From the NCBI GenBank assembly GCA_016191085.1, contig JACPPJ010000031.1, positions 261 through 64,260 of the forward strand: a DNA stretch of 64,000 nucleotides. Reading direction: 5' to 3'. Positions within the stretch are counted from its first letter, which is position 1. Each line of letters opens with the position of its first letter. Under the pieces are notes generated by a model. It saw nothing but the letters and a program-made list of their open reading frames with translations, was not told the origin of the DNA and searched no databases. The stretch comes from Acidobacteriota bacterium. GTDB taxonomy: Bacteria; Acidobacteriota; Terriglobia; 2-12-FULL-54-10. Shown here piece after piece: positions 55,543 to 64,000 of this stretch. A program made the position numbers and the translations under genes.

Positions 55543-56670
55543 TCAAAATTCGAGCTGGTACTGTGTACGAATTTCGTCCTTGCGAGTGCCGGTCAGCAGG
55601 TCTTTCAGGTAGTTCACTTGGAGTTTCGATCTATGTTCGTTCAAGAGCAGACTGAACCCGGCTGTTACGAGTCTGAGCTCATTGTCCTTAACTCGGTCGC
55701 TTCGTCCGATTTGCTCATATCGTATCACCGGCTGGATATGTGTGAGCCAAGTTGAACGGACGCGAAATGCCCAGTACGCTGCGGCATAATATGCCGTGCT
55801 CCAGATCTCACCATCTTGGGCGCGGTAGAATTCACTCTGCAAGCCGGACAAAGTGGACCCGATTCTCAATTCTGTGTTATAGCGGTCGCGGTTCCGGCTC
55901 TCCACTCCAGCGCTTCCGCGCAGCGCGGCAACTCCCCACGAGAACCAGGACCGTGGCGCCCAGACTACACGCGCTGTGGCGTCCTTGGAGCGATTGTCGT
56001 CCCGAAGCAGGCGACGGCCGCCATTGGTGACAGCAAACTGAAAAAGCCACCGATCCCAATGGCTCTCCAGATGAATGCCGAGTTCCTCCGCAGCCGCGAA
56101 GCGGTCGCTTACTTCCGATCGGTCTACGAACGGCAACTGTCCCGTCGGAGTTAACTCATCCAAGCCGATGGGGGCTTTTTCCAGTCCGAGCTTCAGGTGA
56201 AGCCTCTCCAAATGGCTCAAACGTAAATAGGTCCGGCGATACGGATCGTTGGGGCGCACTGGGTCAAGCTCCAGTGAAAAATCGACATGGGGGGTAATGT
56301 GACCTTTGAGTCCGACCTCTGCTTTTCGGAGAAAGAAAGTATGGTTGCGTGCGGTATTGGGGAAGAAATCTCCCCGGACCTGCATGAGAACGTCGAATCG
56401 TGGGGGCGTTTTCTGGAAGGCTTCTGGCCTCGACGGAGGCAGCATGGGAGGCGTATTCATAGCGGGCGCTCGTTGAATCGCCGGCGGGCGTGGCGTTTCC
56501 ACCTGAGGCTGTTCAGTTGCGATGCGTGCTAACACCACCTCCAGCTTGGCTATCTGCTGTTTGAGCCGGACAAGCTCACTTCGAAGTTCCTGTACAGCCG
56601 CGCTCTCTTGGGCATTGGCAAACGGCAGCACTGATAGCATCAGAAGCAAAACAACGACAGATAACCACAC
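55543..56670 (-). CDS. Phosphate-selective porin O/P-like outer-membrane porin
   Basis: It has a signal peptide, an N-terminal coiled-coil segment, a beta-barrel-like repeat pattern and a C-terminal aromatic residue (…QYQLEF). Confidence 0.65.
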   Translation of the reverse strand: MWLSVVVLLLMLSVLPFANAQESAAVQELRSELVRLKQQIAKLEVVLARIATEQPQVETPRPPAIQRAPAMNTPPMLPPSRPEAFQKTPPRFDVLMQVRGDFFPNTARNHTFFLRKAEVGLKGHITPHVDFSLELDPVRPNDPYRRTYLRLSHLERLHLKLGLEKAPIGLDELTPTGQLPFVDRSEVSDRFAAAEELGIHLESHWDRWLFQFAVTNGGRRLLRDDNRSKDATARVVWAPRSWFSWGVAALRGSAGVESRNRDRYNTELRIGSTLSGLQSEFYRAQDGEIWSTAYYAAAYWAFRVRSTWLTHIQPVIRYEQIGRSDRVKDNELRLVTAGFSLLLNEHRSKLQVNYLKDLLTGTRKDEIRTQYQLEF

Positions 56671-56739
56671 GTGAACCTCCTAAAAGGAGCATAGGATTTC
56701 CGCCCATCGCTACATCCTCTGAGATGCAGCGGGACCGAT

Positions 56740-57123
56740 TATAGGTCAGATTGAACAGGTGGTATGGCCGCTAACGGTGCAATTCGAACCCAAAGCGAGG
56801 TGGGCAGGACCGCCCGGCGGATCGGGCCGCGGATTGTTGCGGAGAGATTCGATTTTGCGCATCACACGAGCCAGAACATGTCCGATAAGTCTTCGAGCTC
56901 CGCGCGGAAGGCTTTACCTCGATGGCGTAGTTACTCACGAAGCCGCCGCGTTTGATGCCGCGTTTGATGAGGTCTGCCTTGACCCTCTCGAAGGGTATAC
57001 CCTTCTCCTTGCGGCGCTACTCCGAAATGGGCCCGTCCCAGAAATGCTCCAAGATCGCTCCGTACTTCTTCAGGTGGATCTGGACGGCTACGTTCCGAAC
57101 CTTCGCATCTGTAACAAACTGAA
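56740..57123 (-). pseudogene. Decayed antitoxin plus RelE/ParE-type toxin pair
   Basis: The minus strand reads VTGIQFVTDAKVRNVAVQIHLKKYGAILEHFWDGPISE-TAG-RRKEKGIPFERVKADLIKRG…. It then reads (V)SNYAIEVKPSAR / ELEDLSD / HVLARVMRKIESLRNNPRP… spread over three frames. That means one in-frame stop (57017-57019) and at least two frameshifts. Confidence 0.45.
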
Positions 57124-57188
57124 TCCCTGTCACGGCTTATCCTTGCTGGTACAGCGAAACCAAAGCACAGCCCGGAAGTATTCGTTCC

Positions 57189-57485
57189 CTACTGCTTGGT
57201 CTGGGGTGGCACATAACCGGGAGGAAGCGCCGCGCCCTCGCCGAAAAAGTACTCTTCCATCTGCTGAGCCATTATTTTCTGCGACTCGCGTTCGGCTAAG
57301 TTGAGCCGGTACTCATTGAGAATCATCTTCATGTGCTCGAGCCACATCTTCCAGGCGTCCTTCGAGACATTCTCATAGATGCGCCGGCCGAGCTCATTAT
57401 TGAAAGGCGGTTCGTCCAGCCCGGGAAGTTCACGCTGAAACTTCACGCAACGGACCATTCTCTGTGCCATTGATTCCTCCGACAT
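57189..57485 (-). CDS. yggX: Fe(2+)-trafficking / oxidative-damage protection protein YggX
   Basis: [54 protein letters not shown]… matches the YggX family. The start may be the internal ATG (MAQRMVRC…). Confidence 0.85.
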   Translation of the reverse strand: MSEESMAQRMVRCVKFQRELPGLDEPPFNNELGRRIYENVSKDAWKMWLEHMKMILNEYRLNLAERESQKIMAQQMEEYFFGEGAALPPGYVPPQTKQ

Positions 57486-57625
57486 TCAGGCTACGTGGGT
57501 TCTCCGCGATTTGTCAACACAGCGTTAGGGACGCAAATCTGACGAACGAACGCCTGCGCGAGGGCAGGGGCGGGGAACGCCCACGTGCTGATTTTCATAT
57601 ATGAAATCTTTGGTGTTTCGATGGA

Positions 57626-58147
57626 TTATCGGGCGGCCGCCGCCACAGGCATACGACGGTGCCGCAACCACTCGTAGGAACCGAACATAAGCGCCGTGTA
57701 GGCCAGGTCACCGAGCACTGAATTCCTGAAGAATGGCAACGCGGCTATGTAGCACGTTGTCAGACCTTGCCACGTATGTGGATACATCCCCTCGGATGCC
57801 CACACACCGAAATTCGTAATCAGGAAAAACAGCAATGATCCCGCCAAGGAGCCGGCAGCTACGCGGGCCAAAGTGATTCGGTCGCGCAGCGCCCATCCGA
57901 TGACCCCGATGATCAGGAAACCGGCCCAGGTGTAAGGGCTAAACCATGCATAGGTGCCCTTGTATAGAAAATGGACTACGGCAAAGTCGCTGAGGAGGAG
58001 AGCCGCAAAGGGAACCAGCAAAGAATCGCGCTTGCTTCGGAACGTGGCGCCGCTGAAAAAGAACATCGCCGCCATCGGAGTTACATTCCAAGGATGAGGA
58101 AGAAGCCTGAGCACAATTGCCACTAGAACGTACAAGTACGGCATCAC
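57626..58147 (-). CDS. Integral membrane protein, DUF6580-like
   Basis: 173 aa with 5-6 TM segments. The N-terminus …VLRLLPHPWNVTPMAAMFFFSGATF resembles that family as I recall it. Confidence 0.5.
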   Translation of the reverse strand: MMPYLYVLVAIVLRLLPHPWNVTPMAAMFFFSGATFRSKRDSLLVPFAALLLSDFAVVHFLYKGTYAWFSPYTWAGFLIIGVIGWALRDRITLARVAAGSLAGSLLFFLITNFGVWASEGMYPHTWQGLTTCYIAALPFFRNSVLGDLAYTALMFGSYEWLRHRRMPVAAAAR

Positions 58148-58214
58148 GAACCCTCCTTAACTCGAGACGATCATATCACAAAAGCTGGACCGGCAGCCCA
58201 TGTCGCCGAATTGC

Positions 58215-58335
58215 TGGTAGTGGCTCAGTGTGAAAAGGGAAGGGCACGACTGCAGTCGTGCCGGTGCAATTAGCAAGCAAGGCGCTTCAGCGCCTGAGGT
58301 GCGGACCTCAGCGGCTGAACAGGCTGCTGAAAAAT
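58215..58335. repeat. Multi-hairpin REP/MITE-like element, half copy (inverted relative to 45150-45274)
   Basis: ggtagtggctcagtgtgaaaagggaagggcacgactgcagtcgtgccggtgcaattagcaagcaaggcgcttcagcgcctgaggtgcggacctcagcggctgaac aligns with the reverse complement of 45150-45274. Most differences are in hairpin loops. Confidence 0.55.
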
Positions 58336-58472
58336 TCGCTTGCGTTGGCGGTAGAATTGTTTCAGCTGTCACTTTTTTCGGGTTTCGCCGCAGCTCTGAT
58401 AGGATTTCCGCCTCTGCACGGGCCTATTGCCTTGGTGCAGAGACACTACTCGCTGCGCTTACTGCGCAGGAA

Positions 58473-58900
58473 TCACTTCACCATGGCTCGCGGAATCTTC
58501 TCGGGCCGCAGACTCATTTCGTCCAGCATCGCCAGGGCCGCCTCCCGCTCCGCCGTTGTACTGCACTGCCTGGCGCGGGCCGCTACCACCAACCCGTTGC
58601 GATTCTCGATGATCACATGTCCCAGGTTGCTGGGTTTGGCTTCTCCCGCCGTGCTCTTCTTATACAAGCGTGCTTGCGGGTCGGTCTTGGACTCATGCGT
58701 GTCCCGCAAACACTTCTTTCCGCGCGCTCCCGCCCCCACCACCGTGGTCGGGTCTTTCGCCACAAAGCTGTTCCGGCTGGCCCAGGCTTCCAGGATCGTT
58801 CCGTCCACCGTGAAATGCTCTTCGCTCAACAAGTCCTTGCTCCGCGCCTGCTCCATCACCGCCTGCAATCACCGCTGGACAAACATGGATACGGCTGCCA
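58473..58900 (-). mobile_element. IS5/IS1182-type DDE transposase fragment (internal piece, truncated both sides)
   Basis: …LLSEEHFTVDGTILEAWASRNSFVAKD…RDTHESKTDPQARLYKKSTAGEAKPSNLGHVIIENRNGLVVAARARQCSTTAEREAALAML… is typical of that transposase family. The N-terminal region and the C-terminal DDE part are missing. Confidence 0.65.
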
Positions 58901-58921
58901 TTCTTGTCCGTCCCACTCGCG

Positions 58922-59128
58922 TCAGTAATTTGCGCCAAGCGCAACTCTTGCCTCGAATCGTATCACTGTAGTATCGTTCGCGCTATGGTAGCCCGGCGGC
59001 GCTGCATACTGCAACATCTTCCGAACGGTCTCACGCGCCAGCCCATACTCCCGCGCTACCTGCCGTTCGCTCTTCCCCTCCACCTGCACTGCTCGTCGAA
59101 CTCGCGCATACAGCTCCACTGTGTACAT
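58922..59128 (-). mobile_element. IS21-family IstA transposase, N-terminal HTH fragment only
   Basis: MYTVELYARVRRAVQVEGKSERQVAREYGLARETVRKMLQYAAPPGY… matches IstA N-termini. The similarity ends after about 50 aa. Confidence 0.6.
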
Positions 59129-59372
59129 CCCTCCGGTATCCCACCAAACGTTTCCTTCCCGAACCGTTTCCTGAGATGGCTCTCCGGCGGTCTGTTTTTA
59201 CTCCGCCAGGCTCCGCCGCTCTCGCGGCGCTTCCTGGTCTAGTTTCTCTCCGGCGCGGACACTCGTCATCTCAATCCTCCTTTCGATCACATTCATCACT
59301 TCGGGTTGATCGAATAGCAACGCCTTTTTTCATCTTTCTTCGCGGGCATCGACGAGCCCGAACATTAGGTGA

Positions 59373-60025
59373 ATGCCCTACACGGACGAGCAATTACAAG
59401 CGCTTCGGAACGCGCTCGCGAACGGTGTGCGCGAGTCTGCTGGCCGATTCCATTAAGGAAGCGTTGGCATTCGTCAAGGAAATGACCGTCAAAGGGAGCA
59501 CAGGAGAAGGCGCGGCAAAAGATCAAGGCGGTTTACGGAGTAGACATCCCCGACAAGGGAATCCTGTCGCAGATCGTCCAGACTGCGAAGCAGGCCTTCA
59601 GCGGGAATCTGGATGTCGCCATCCAGAGCCCGCAGATCCGGGACCTGATTCAACTCTATGCGATGACCACGGGACAGAAGACCACCGGGATGCCGGGCAC
59701 GATGCGCCCGGTGTCCCTCGTCGAATCAAGTGGCTCGCTGTTCCAGCAGGCTGCGCTTTCGAACGGCAGCCCCATGCCTTCGCTCGGCGGTTTGCCGACA
59801 ATTGGTTTGAATCGGATCGGCACGGGCACGCCCCAGAATGCCGGACCGATTGTGATCAAGCTCGATGGACCGGCGACGACGAGCCTGCTGCGCGGAGCGG
59901 CCGTCCACGCCATTGCGGATAACCCGCGCATGGTCCAGTCCGCTACTCTTTCCGCGACAAAAGCCAATGCAGGTCGGCGGGAATTACTTAGCTTACAGTT
60001 GAGCCCGGGAACGCTCACGAGCTGA
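59373..60025 (+). pseudogene. Unidentified gene remnant(s) split over three frames (possibly mobile-element or phage derived)
   Basis: MPYTDEQLQALRNALANGV… stops after 28 codons. Plausible continuations lie in the other two frames: …LADSIKEALAFVKEM… and then …QEKARQKIKAVYGVDIPDKGILSQIVQTAKQAF…LSPGTLTS*. The family assignment is uncertain. Confidence 0.25.
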
Positions 60026-60258
60026 GTGGGGGTTTACAAACATTACTAAACAGAAGGCGACTACTCGTTACCAATGTCGACAGAGAGGTTTGAGCGGCGG
60101 CTTCCAAGGCGTCCTTGGGCGTTCTAATGTCATACAATGCTGGGCGTCTTTCAGCGGGCACTCTCTTTTGAGTGTGGCTCAATTAGACGCTTCGTCATCA
60201 GTACGAGACCGAAAATCTGCGTCCATTCTGAAACAATGTTCCATTTGAGACATAAAGG

Positions 60259-61665
60259 TCAATCGGGCTTGTCGTAGAACACTACGACGGCCACACCTTC
60301 CCAGTAGGTGCCGCTGTTATCCTTGGAGGCCACGGCGCCCATAGGCATCGTGCCCACATAGTTGGGGTCCAATCGAAACTTTTCCACCAGATATTCCCGA
60401 ACCTTTAGCGCGCGGTCTGTAGAAAGCAAAAATTGTTCACTCGTTAATCCTTTGCCACTATAACCCTCAACGATGATGGCACTGTTTCGCAGATAGCGCT
60501 GAAACTCCGCCATGACCGCATCGAGCCGACTCTTCCCGGCTGCCGACAGTTCTTCAGATCCATCCGAGCCGTGAGCGAACAGTTCGGTTTCATAAATCCA
60601 GGCCTGTTGCCTTAATTTGCCAGCGGCAAACTTTCCTTCCCTGTATTCGGCGACCGTTACGTTGTTGATATCGTAAAATCCACGGTTCTTAAAAAACCCG
60701 CGGAAGAAGAAGCTGCGCTTGAGTGCTTCCATGTTTTCCGCCAAACTCGACATGGCTTCACCGGCGCTGGTGATGGTGCGGCTTAGGTTCCCGGTCAAAC
60801 TTTCCCCCTTTCCGCCTTTGGCTTGGAAATCGGTTATCGCATCTTTGGCCTGTCCGGTCAGTTGCCGAACATTTTTCGTAATTTGTTCGATTTCCTGCAG
60901 GATTTTCCGCTCTTGAAATTCTGAAAGGATGTGAGTGAACTGTTGAGAAATCTCGCGAGTGTTGCCGGCCGCTTTCTCGAAGTCGCTGAAAGCCTTACTG
61001 GCACTGTCGGCGACTTTCTCGTCGTTCAATAGCCTGCCCACAGTGCCGCGTCCGGCTCTGATCCCGTCAGTGATCTCTTGTACGTCGTCAGTAACTTTCC
61101 TGCTCGTGGAGATGATGTTTTCCACATCCCCCCGGACGGACTCAATCAAAGCGTTGGCGTTTCCCGATGTTGTGGAGATCGACGCAAACACGTCACCCAT
61201 CTTGCCTTGGACCTCTTCCACGGTGTCTCTGATCTGCTGCAGGAGATCCGCGAAGTCAAAAGGCTCTCGACTGGGAATAGTGCTGCCGGGCGGAGCGGCC
61301 TGCGCCTGCGGAGCGCCTTGATCAATTTTCAAGAACTTATTTCCCAAGACTCCCTCTGTCTGAATGGTAGCGATGGAATCGGTGCGAACCACGGGATGAA
61401 GCTTTTCAATGATTCGCATTTTGACGCGAAATTTCGACTGGGGCTGTGGGGGCACCTCGATGTCGATTACTTCGCCGGCAGCCATTCCACCGACCTTGAC
61501 GTCGGCGCCATTTTGCAACCCACTCAGTTCCTTGAACTCCGCGTAAAGTTCGAAATCTTGGGAAAAGAGCTTTCGCCGATCGCCGATCATGAAAAGTCCA
61601 ACAGCAAACAACAGAATCCCAACTATCAGGAAAAGGCCCACTGCAAAATTTCTTGAAGAAGGCAT
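60259..61665 (-). CDS. mlaD: MlaD/MCE-domain protein with long helical region and C-terminal OmpA-like domain
   Basis: An N-terminal TM segment plus MCE domain (…YAEFKELSGLQNGADVKVGGMAAGEVIDIEV…). The C-terminus …IIVEGYSGKGLTSEQFLLSTDRALKVREYLV… resembles an OmpA_C peptidoglycan-binding fold. Confidence 0.8.
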   Translation of the reverse strand: MPSSRNFAVGLFLIVGILLFAVGLFMIGDRRKLFSQDFELYAEFKELSGLQNGADVKVGGMAAGEVIDIEVPPQPQSKFRVKMRIIEKLHPVVRTDSIATIQTEGVLGNKFLKIDQGAPQAQAAPPGSTIPSREPFDFADLLQQIRDTVEEVQGKMGDVFASISTTSGNANALIESVRGDVENIISTSRKVTDDVQEITDGIRAGRGTVGRLLNDEKVADSASKAFSDFEKAAGNTREISQQFTHILSEFQERKILQEIEQITKNVRQLTGQAKDAITDFQAKGGKGESLTGNLSRTITSAGEAMSSLAENMEALKRSFFFRGFFKNRGFYDINNVTVAEYREGKFAAGKLRQQAWIYETELFAHGSDGSEELSAAGKSRLDAVMAEFQRYLRNSAIIVEGYSGKGLTSEQFLLSTDRALKVREYLVEKFRLDPNYVGTMPMGAVASKDNSGTYWEGVAVVVFYDKPD

Positions 61666-61668
61666 CTC

Positions 61669-62418
61669 TTAACCTCCTCCTTCCGATTTCATGAATTCTC
61701 GTACCACAGGGTGATCACTCTGATCGAGCTCCTTAGCCGTCCCGTGAGCGATGAAATGCCCTTCGTGCATGACCACCAGTTCGTCTCCAATTCGGCGAGC
61801 GCTGGGAATGTTGTGAGTAACAACCACCAGCGTAGTATCCCGCTCCGATTTGAGGTTGAGCAGCAGACTGTCGATCTCGGCCGATGTCATGGGATCCAGG
61901 CCTGCGCTGGGCTCGTCCACAAGCAAGATCGAAGGATTCAAAGCGAGCGCACGAGCCAAGCCGGCGCGTTTTCGCATCCCGCCTGACAAGTCGGCTGGCA
62001 TCATATCGTACTCATGTTCCAAACCTACCTGGGCAAGCTTTTCACGCGCGCGATCCTTAATATCTGCCTCCGGTTTATTGGTGTGGCGCCGCAACGGGAA
62101 AGCCACGTTTTCACCCACGGAAAGAGAATCGAAGAGCGCGGCATTTTGGAAAAGAAAACCCATTGTCTTGCGAACCGGCGGCAATTCTCGGGCATGCAAG
62201 GCAGTAATTTCCTGGTCCTCAACAAAGATCCTTCCTTGCTCTGGTTTTAATAAGCCGATCATCAGTTTGAGCGTTACGCTTTTGCCGGTGCCGCTGCGAC
62301 CAAGAATGCAGAATGCTGAACCACGCGCGATATCGAAAGACACATCCTGCAGGATTCTCTTGCTGCCAAAGGACTTCGAAACCTCTTCAAAGCGTATGAC
62401 TGCTTCGTTTGCGCTCAT
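61669..62418 (-). CDS. mlaF: Phospholipid/lipid ABC transporter ATP-binding protein MlaF
   Basis: Walker A GRSGTGKS, signature LSGGMRKRAGLARAL and Walker B ILLVDEPSAGLD. Confidence 0.9.
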   Translation of the reverse strand: MSANEAVIRFEEVSKSFGSKRILQDVSFDIARGSAFCILGRSGTGKSVTLKLMIGLLKPEQGRIFVEDQEITALHARELPPVRKTMGFLFQNAALFDSLSVGENVAFPLRRHTNKPEADIKDRAREKLAQVGLEHEYDMMPADLSGGMRKRAGLARALALNPSILLVDEPSAGLDPMTSAEIDSLLLNLKSERDTTLVVVTHNIPSARRIGDELVVMHEGHFIAHGTAKELDQSDHPVVREFMKSEGGG

Positions 62419-63200
62419 CCAATCTCTTCCGGGAAAAAAAAGATGATCATTTTTACCAGGACCACATTGGCGAGGATGAGGAGGATCGAGCTATACACGA
62501 CACTCTTAGTGGATGCCTTCCCAACACCTTCAGCGCCCCCTGCGGCGTTATAACCAAGATAAGAAGAAACAGTGCCAATAATGAACCCGAATACTACCGT
62601 CTTGAGGGAAGCCGGAACGTAATCGACAAACTGCATGCTGGAAAAGGCGCGATCGAAATACAACCTGAACGACAAATCGGAGATCACCGTCTCGGCGACA
62701 AAACCCCCGACAATACCGGTAAAGCTCATGAAGGTGGTAAGAATCGGTTGAGCAATCATGCAGGCAAGCACACGTGTAACGACGAGGTACTTAAAGGAAT
62801 CGACCGCCAGCGATTCCAGGGCGTCAATTTGCTCGGTCACCCGCATCCCACCCAACTCGGCGCCGATGCCTGCACCCACCCGCCCGGAAACAAGCAACCC
62901 CGCCACCAGCGGGGCGATCTCTCTCGCCAAGGAAAGAGCCAGCACACTAGGAATCAAGGCCTCCGCTCCAAAACGCTCCAGAGAGGAGCGGGAATGCATG
63001 GACATTACGATCCCAACAGAGAATCCAGCCACGGCTATGAGCGGCGCCGACCGCGAACCGATGTCGTATAATTGGCGAAGCAGCTCTTTCGCCTCAAAAG
63101 GAGGCCTCAAAGCCTCACGGAGAGCGCGTAGTCCAAAAAGGCCTACCTCTCCCGCCCAGGCTAACGCGGCCACCACCAAGGCGCCAATGCGTTCAATCAT
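62415..63200 (-). CDS. mlaE: ABC transporter permease MlaE
   Basis: 261 aa MlaE-family permease (…VGAGIGAELGGMRVTEQIDALESLAVD…). It has a 4-nt overlap with mlaF. Confidence 0.9.
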   Translation of the reverse strand: MIERIGALVVAALAWAGEVGLFGLRALREALRPPFEAKELLRQLYDIGSRSAPLIAVAGFSVGIVMSMHSRSSLERFGAEALIPSVLALSLAREIAPLVAGLLVSGRVGAGIGAELGGMRVTEQIDALESLAVDSFKYLVVTRVLACMIAQPILTTFMSFTGIVGGFVAETVISDLSFRLYFDRAFSSMQFVDYVPASLKTVVFGFIIGTVSSYLGYNAAGGAEGVGKASTKSVVYSSILLILANVVLVKMIIFFFPEEIG

Positions 63201-63404
63201 CCACTAAACTCCCAAGTCTCAAGTCTTGAAGCGCTGAAGATATCGGCCGGAATTCCCATTCTAGCTCGCCGGCCCCACACTATCGAGGGATTCCAGCACA
63301 GCACACCATTTTTTCTTTGGCTGGGCCCAGGGCTCGGTACAGGGTCCCGTCTGCCCCATCGCGAGTCCCGAAACTGCTGCCTGCGGCCTTCCCATCCGCT
63401 TTTG

Positions 63405-63926
63405 TCAGACACCCCTACGTCTGCCGCTTTGCCAATGAGCCACTGTCCTGGGAAATGCTCTCCGACGCCGTGTGCTCGGTGGGCGTGACGCTAATCGAGA
63501 TTCCGTGCGCAGGCGTCGCCAACATATATCCTGAATTCGTCTCTCCTGCGTTTCCCAAGCACCGGTCTCCAAAACGCCCTCTTCGGCCAAGTCCAACAGC
63601 TCGTTCCACTGATCAAAATCCAGCCGAAGGATTACCCGGCCATCTACATCTCGGATCGGCGCTGCTTTATCGCTACGCAGCTCCTCGATCCACCGCCGAG
63701 CACGCAGCTTTACCACGCACGGCTTCTCGACTGGGATGGCATCTCGCAGTCGATAGGTAACGAAGCAGATGAAGCGCGTTTCACGTTCGGCAATGCAGAC
63801 CGTGTGATGCGTGATCTTGCCAACGACGTGGACCTGTTCAGATCCTCGATTGAGTTCAGCCTGTTTCATGTGGCGACAAGGCATCAAGCTCGATTTGTGG
63901 AAAGGCGAGATGATCGATTGGTCCAT
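63405..63926 (-). CDS. Hypothetical ORF of doubtful coding status
   Basis: It is the longest ORF in the region, but it has an Arg-rich tail and I see no recognisable family. Confidence 0.2.
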   Translation of the reverse strand: MDQSIISPFHKSSLMPCRHMKQAELNRGSEQVHVVGKITHHTVCIAERETRFICFVTYRLRDAIPVEKPCVVKLRARRWIEELRSDKAAPIRDVDGRVILRLDFDQWNELLDLAEEGVLETGAWETQERRIQDICWRRLRTESRLASRPPSTRRRRAFPRTVAHWQSGRRRGV

Positions 63927-64000
63927 GGATTCCGGCCCGGGATTTCACGTCACTGCCGCCGACGGCCTGTACGAACTCAACCTGCCGTACCCGACCCGCC

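Overview
GC-rich bacterial chromosomal segment. Its gene content and repeat style are reminiscent of Acidobacteriota, but that is a weak inference only. I found no rRNA, tRNA or CRISPR array.

Most of the window is recognisable housekeeping or envelope content:
- rpmB and relA/spoT
- a tonB-exbB-exbD-exbD-TPR operon
- GT4-tgt-yajC-secD-secF, and glyA
- an ABC-transporter-dependent polysaccharide cluster (wzm, wzt, a methyltransferase with a coiled-coil tail, a GT2+GT4 fusion)
- nfi
- a NuoF-like gene plus fdhA (Cys-type formate dehydrogenase), embedded among Usp genes
- ADH, HIT, dienelactone hydrolase and DinB genes
- an FHA / PP2C / CHASE2 Ser-Thr kinase operon
- gdhA-amt, an ATP-grasp gene, a porin, yggX and mlaEFD

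The accessory or decayed material comprises:
- a frameshifted hicAB pair
- a decayed relE/parE-type pair
- IS21 and IS5/IS1182 fragments
- several hairpin or MITE-like repeats

The standout signal is three paralogous loci: 6223-8475 (+), 29590-31875 (-) and 32049-34223 (+). Each is called as two adjacent beta-propeller-repeat ORFs, but each is really one continuous reading frame with a single in-frame TGA at the same position (…VxN-TGA-V-A-H-P-Q-I-A…).
- The TGA lies inside a propeller blade.
- The codons just after it are conserved at the protein level, with mostly third-position differences.
- No start codon is conserved there.
- A hairpin with a GGA/GGU apical loop sits at the same distance downstream in all three copies.

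I interpret this as a candidate TGA-recoded family, most plausibly a secreted selenocysteine-containing beta-propeller protein. I cannot verify from the sequence whether it has been described before.
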